Assembly (NCBI GenBank): GCA_012862495.1 | Contig: BLSG01000325.1 | Span: 1-64,000, forward strand | Direction of reading: 5' to 3' | DNA: 64,000 nt | From: Thraustochytrium aureum | Lineage: Eukaryota | Shown here: one piece after another, positions 60,004 to 64,000 of the stretch | Layout of the letters: every line of letters begins with the position of its first letter | Numbering within the stretch: the first letter of the stretch is position 1 | Made by a program: the position numbers and the translations under genes | Notes under the pieces: model-generated | The model's input: only the letters and a program-made list of their open reading frames with translations | Databases searched by the model: none | Told to the model about the DNA's origin: nothing

Positions 60004-60498
60004 TCAGCCGGGCGGCCACTTCATCTGGCGGCCCCCAATCACGTGCAGGTGCAGATGATACACGCTCTGGCATCCCTGCGGGCCGTCGTTGATTACGATG
60101 CGGTACCCGTCCTGCGCGAGACCCTCCTGCTCAGCGACCAGCTTGGCCGTGTACATGAGGTGACCAAGCAGCTCCTTGTCGCTCTCCTGCGCCTTGCTCA
60201 GCTGCGACAGATTGCCCCGCACCTTGGGAATCACCAACAGGTGCTTTGGCGCCTGCGGGCTCACATCGTGGAAGGCCAGGCACTTGTCGTCCTCGAACGC
60301 GATCTTGGCGGGGATCTCCTTCCGAACAATCTTGTCGAAAATCGTCTCCTCCGCCGGCGCGGCCGCCGGCGTGGCCGCCGCAGAGGCGCGCTCCTCCTCG
60401 CTCATGCTGCAAAGTCCTCTACCGCGCGTCGCCCAGCCTCCGCGTCTCGCAGCTCCTCCTGCGACCCGCGCTGCTCGCCACGCGCGCACAGTTGCCAT
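60004..60498 (-). CDS. Histidine triad nucleotide-binding protein (HINT1/2-like) with probable mitochondrial presequence
   Basis: [51 protein letters not shown]. Confidence 0.95.
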   Translation of the reverse strand: MATVRAWRAARVAGGAARRGGWATRGRGLCSMSEEERASAAATPAAAPAEETIFDKIVRKEIPAKIAFEDDKCLAFHDVSPQAPKHLLVIPKVRGNLSQLSKAQESDKELLGHLMYTAKLVAEQEGLAQDGYRIVINDGPQGCQSVYHLHLHVIGGRQMKWPPG

Positions 60499-61270
60499 GG
60501 GCTTCTGCTTCGCATTCACAGAACAGATCCTTCCGATTTTGTACGAGCGGAACACCTACTCGTCATTTGATGGAAGAGGTTCATCGCGGGTTGGCTTCTC
60601 TGCCGGCTCGCGCCGCCACGGCCCTGCATGGTGCTGCGGCACTGGCTGTTGGCTGACCAGCGCAGGCCGCAAAGTGCGGTGCCCCATGGCTCTTGACGAG
60701 TTGACGAGCGAGTTGGGTTGACGAGGTTGTCGAGGTCGCAATTAGCTAATCGATCGGCAGCATGGCGATCCACGGCGGTGGCGTGGTCGGGACGCTGCAG
60801 AACAGCTTCGCGGAGACTCCACGCTGCACGAGCGAGCGCTGGTCGCAGCTGGTTGCGAGCGCCTTGTCGGCAAATCGGGCTTCGGAAACCTTTGCCCTCC
60901 GGGACGTCGCTTGTTTGGCCAGGGCGGCGAGCCAGGTTTCTGGCAAGGAGCAATTCTCGCAAGGCGGTCGCAAGGCGGTCGCAAGGCAGTCGCAAGACTG
61001 GGCCCTCCAGGGTGCCGCACGGATCTGTGCGCGTGCAGGCGCGACGGCGACTGGCCCACGAGCCCAGTGCCAGAAACCTGGCGGTGCTGGGTTGGTTGCA
61101 GATTCAGGTTTTTACCGTTAGGTGCGTTACGTGGCAATGCGGCTTTGGCGCCCAGCAACGCGGCCCTCGAGCGGTCGAGCAGAGCGGAAGCGGGGCTATC
61201 AACGAGGCCCAAGTCCGCCCGCGCGCGATCTGCGGCGAACGCGGTCCAAAAGAGGGCGGCAGGCAAAACG

Positions 61271-64000
61271 ATGCGGTGGGGCCTGAGCACTTTTCTCGCC
61301 CTTGTCGCGACAGCAGCAGCTCTTGTCCAGGCAGCGCGCCCGCCACCATCGACATATGCCACGGGCGACGAGACTGTCCCTGTAAGGGTATGTCCTCCAG
61401 GTAGCTTTTGCGTTGGCGGGGCTCGCTACGAGTGCCCAGCTGGGACAGCCAACCCCAAACCAGGGCAGACGCAATGCGAGCCATGCAAGGACAAAAGCGC
61501 GTGCCCAACGGGGACCGCAAAGCCGCTCATGCGACCTCCACTCGCTAGCGCGACGGATCCTGGAGGAGGCAATATGGCAGGTGAATATGCAGATGCACGC
61601 ATCTGGGTCAACCAAGCGCCGTTGGGGGCGGGCGCACCAGCGCGCTGCAAACCTGGCTTCTACTGCGTCTCCGACACCGTGCGCCGGCCATGCGGAGCTG
61701 GCTACTACGGGCCCTTGTCAACCCACACAGACAAGCGCTGCGCAGGCCTCTGCCCCGTCGGGTTTTACTGTCCCGGCGGTACTGCAGAGCCATTGCCATG
61801 CCCTGCAAACCCGCGGGTCTTTTGTCCAGAGGGCGCAAGCACCCCGGTTGACGTCGAGGCGGGGAGATACGTATCGAGTGACCAACGCGAGGTCGCTGCA
61901 GAGCGAGGCTATTTTGTTGGGAGCGCTGGCATCCGCGAGCCATGTCCAGGAGGCCACTACGGCGACATTGTGGGCGAGACCCGCGAATCCTGCGCGGGAC
62001 TGTGCGAAGCTGGCTACTACTGCCCCGAAGGGTCTGCCTCATCGCGCGAACGTCGCTGCACGGCGCCTAGTACTTTTTGCCCGGAGGGCTCTGCTGCCCC
62101 GCTCCCTGTGGCCGAGGGCAACTACTCAGACGGCGCAAGAACAGTGCAGGTCCAATGCCCAATTGGGGCCTTTTGCGTAGGTGGGGTTGCCATTCCTTGC
62201 CCAGCAGGGACGTTCAACGCTGCGGCAGAAGGGCTCTCTGCCGCAAACCAGTGCGCGCCATGCCCTGGCGGATACTTTTGTAGCGGTGAGAGCGCAACCC
62301 CCTGCGGCGACCCCTCCCATTACTGCCCCCCCGCAGACCCACGAAGCCCGCGCGCCGTGGAGGAGGGATGGTATACCGTCGGGGAGGCGCGGGTTCTGGC
62401 CAGTACCAGATCGCACTGCTCGTTCTCGAACGTGGCCTGCAGCAGATTTCCATACAATGCTCTCTACCTGCCCCAAGCGACTGTGCAAGACAGCCGCACA
62501 GAGCGCGAGGCGGCCGTGCAGTGCGAGCCTGGTCACTACTGCGTCGATGGCAGCCGCTACGAATGCCCTCCGGGGACGTTTGGGTCGACCAGCGGCCTCA
62601 CCTCCTCAAACTGCACGGGCCCTTGCCGTGCGGGTTTCTTCTGCCCTGCTGCTGCGACTCGGGCAGACCAGTTCGAGTGCCCAGACGCGTTCTTCTGCCC
62701 AGGAGGGGGAGCGGAAGTCCGCACCCCGTTCAGATCGGGTACTACATCTCCAAAGACAAGAGCGCCGAGCTTCCGTGCCCGACCGGGTCGTACTGCGTGG
62801 AGGGAATCAGGCATTCTTGTTCGCCCGGCAAGTACGGTGACAGAACTGAGCTCGCCTCGCCCGTTTGCAGTGGGCTGTGTCCTCCTGGTTTCTATTGCCC
62901 CGAAGGGACGGCCGACCCACGTGGACTCAGGTGCGAGGGGGCCGAGGTTTTTTGCCCGATCGGCTCCGGGTTGCCACAGCCGGTCTCGAACGGCTACTAC
63001 TCAAACGCGGAGCGGTCCTGGCAATATCCCTGCGAGCCGGGGCACTTTTGCATGGGCGGGGTCAAGTCAAAGTGCCCAGCAGGGACCTTTGGAGACCGCT
63101 TCGCTCTCGCCTCGCCAGAGTGCTCTGGGCTGTGCAGCGCGGGGTACTTTTGTCTCGAGGGCGCCACGTCATCGATGATGCACGCCTGCCCGGACGCGTT
63201 TGGGCTCACCCCCGACAAGCAGACCTTTCTGGGCAACAATGTCCAAGACACCACCTGCTTGGTCCACCTCTTGGACGTCTACCCAGAACAGTTTTTCGAG
63301 TTCTCGGTCCTGCCAATGTACCACGAACGCGATCCCTCTCTGTGGAATCTCGCTGAGGCCAAGGCGGGACTGTACAGCGTGCTCAACACCATGGAGTGGG
63401 ACCCAGCACACCGCGCGTTTCGCGCCAGGGGCGGAAGCGCGGCAGACTTTATGCAGACCGGCTGGCGCCCCGGATCGGGTGCCAAAACGATGTGCATGTG
63501 GAAAATGTTTGTCACCGACAACATCTTTGGCTTGGACGGGATGGAGAAACAGGAGGCCCACAACGACTATTTCATGATCGGTACACTTTGGTCGTACCCC
63601 GACCGCGTGTTTGTGTCGTCGGGAACGCAACGGGGCGGGTACGCGCACACGCGCGTCTCCATTCTGCGCGACGAATGGGTGTTTTATTGCCTCAGCAGCG
63701 GCGGCGCAGGCGGTACGAGCGAGGCCTACATCGCCACCCCGCGCCAGGCGTTGACGCGCGTCTGGGAGCAGGCTGACAACGGAGCAGATCGGGGCATAGC
63801 CGGCGCGAGCACGCACTTGTCGATGGTGTACGGGCGGACGTCAACAGGCCTGACGGACCGCCCATTGTACCACTCGCCGGATCGCCACGCCCACCCTGAC
63901 GCGCTTTACGGGGGTATCTTGCACTGGGACGCGCACCTGAGCGAGCAAGAGCTGGAGAACGCGTACCAGGTGACGGCGGTGTTTTACCCGCCAGACAATA
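61271..64000 (+). CDS. Secreted Cys-rich GCC2/GCC3 (ephrin-receptor-like) repeat protein with C-terminal LamG/ConA-like domain; frameshift near 62705, runs off the window
   Basis: Signal MRWGLSTFLALVATAAALVQA; many CPAG.Y/F...CSG.C..G.YCPEGS repeats continuing in the shifted frame after 62705; tail WVFYCLS...GILHWDAHLSEQELENAYQ. Confidence 0.82.

Overview
GC-rich, gene-dense, intron-poor eukaryotic scaffold with many N gaps. The gene set (Tweety, ADAM-type proteases with PTT(K/R) mucin repeats, a DISPS-type phosphagen kinase, GCC2/GCC3 surface protein, 42-aa TPR protein) suggests a protist, probably a stramenopile such as a labyrinthulomycete; this is inference. About 25 protein genes are supportable: two tandem flavoprotein monooxygenases, Tweety-like, a myristoylated LRR protein, cytochrome b5, GH27, an ABHD4/5-like hydrolase, a TPR protein between two tRNA-Pro(CGG) genes, two tandem ADAM/M12B proteases, Sec61-beta, DDX55/SPB4, phosphagen kinase, PFK-2/FBPase-2, an orphan protein, a divergent MED13, an EF-hand/WD40 protein, a TYSND1/DEG15 peroxisomal protease, VTC1-like, two head-to-head bestrophin-like paralogues, HINT and a Cys-rich secreted protein. 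Roughly ten genes carry single-base frameshifts that look like sequencing or assembly errors. The most notable items are: (i) the tRNA-flanked TIR/HET-like + TPR gene, a possible immune/conflict cassette; (ii) secreted ADAMs sharing an uncharacterised Cys-repeat tail; (iii) the bestrophin pair beside VTC1, differing by one intron; (iv) an orphan with a compact unknown domain behind about 4.5 kb of non-coding DNA; (v) a hairpin minisatellite. No CRISPR array, rRNA or transposase was seen.
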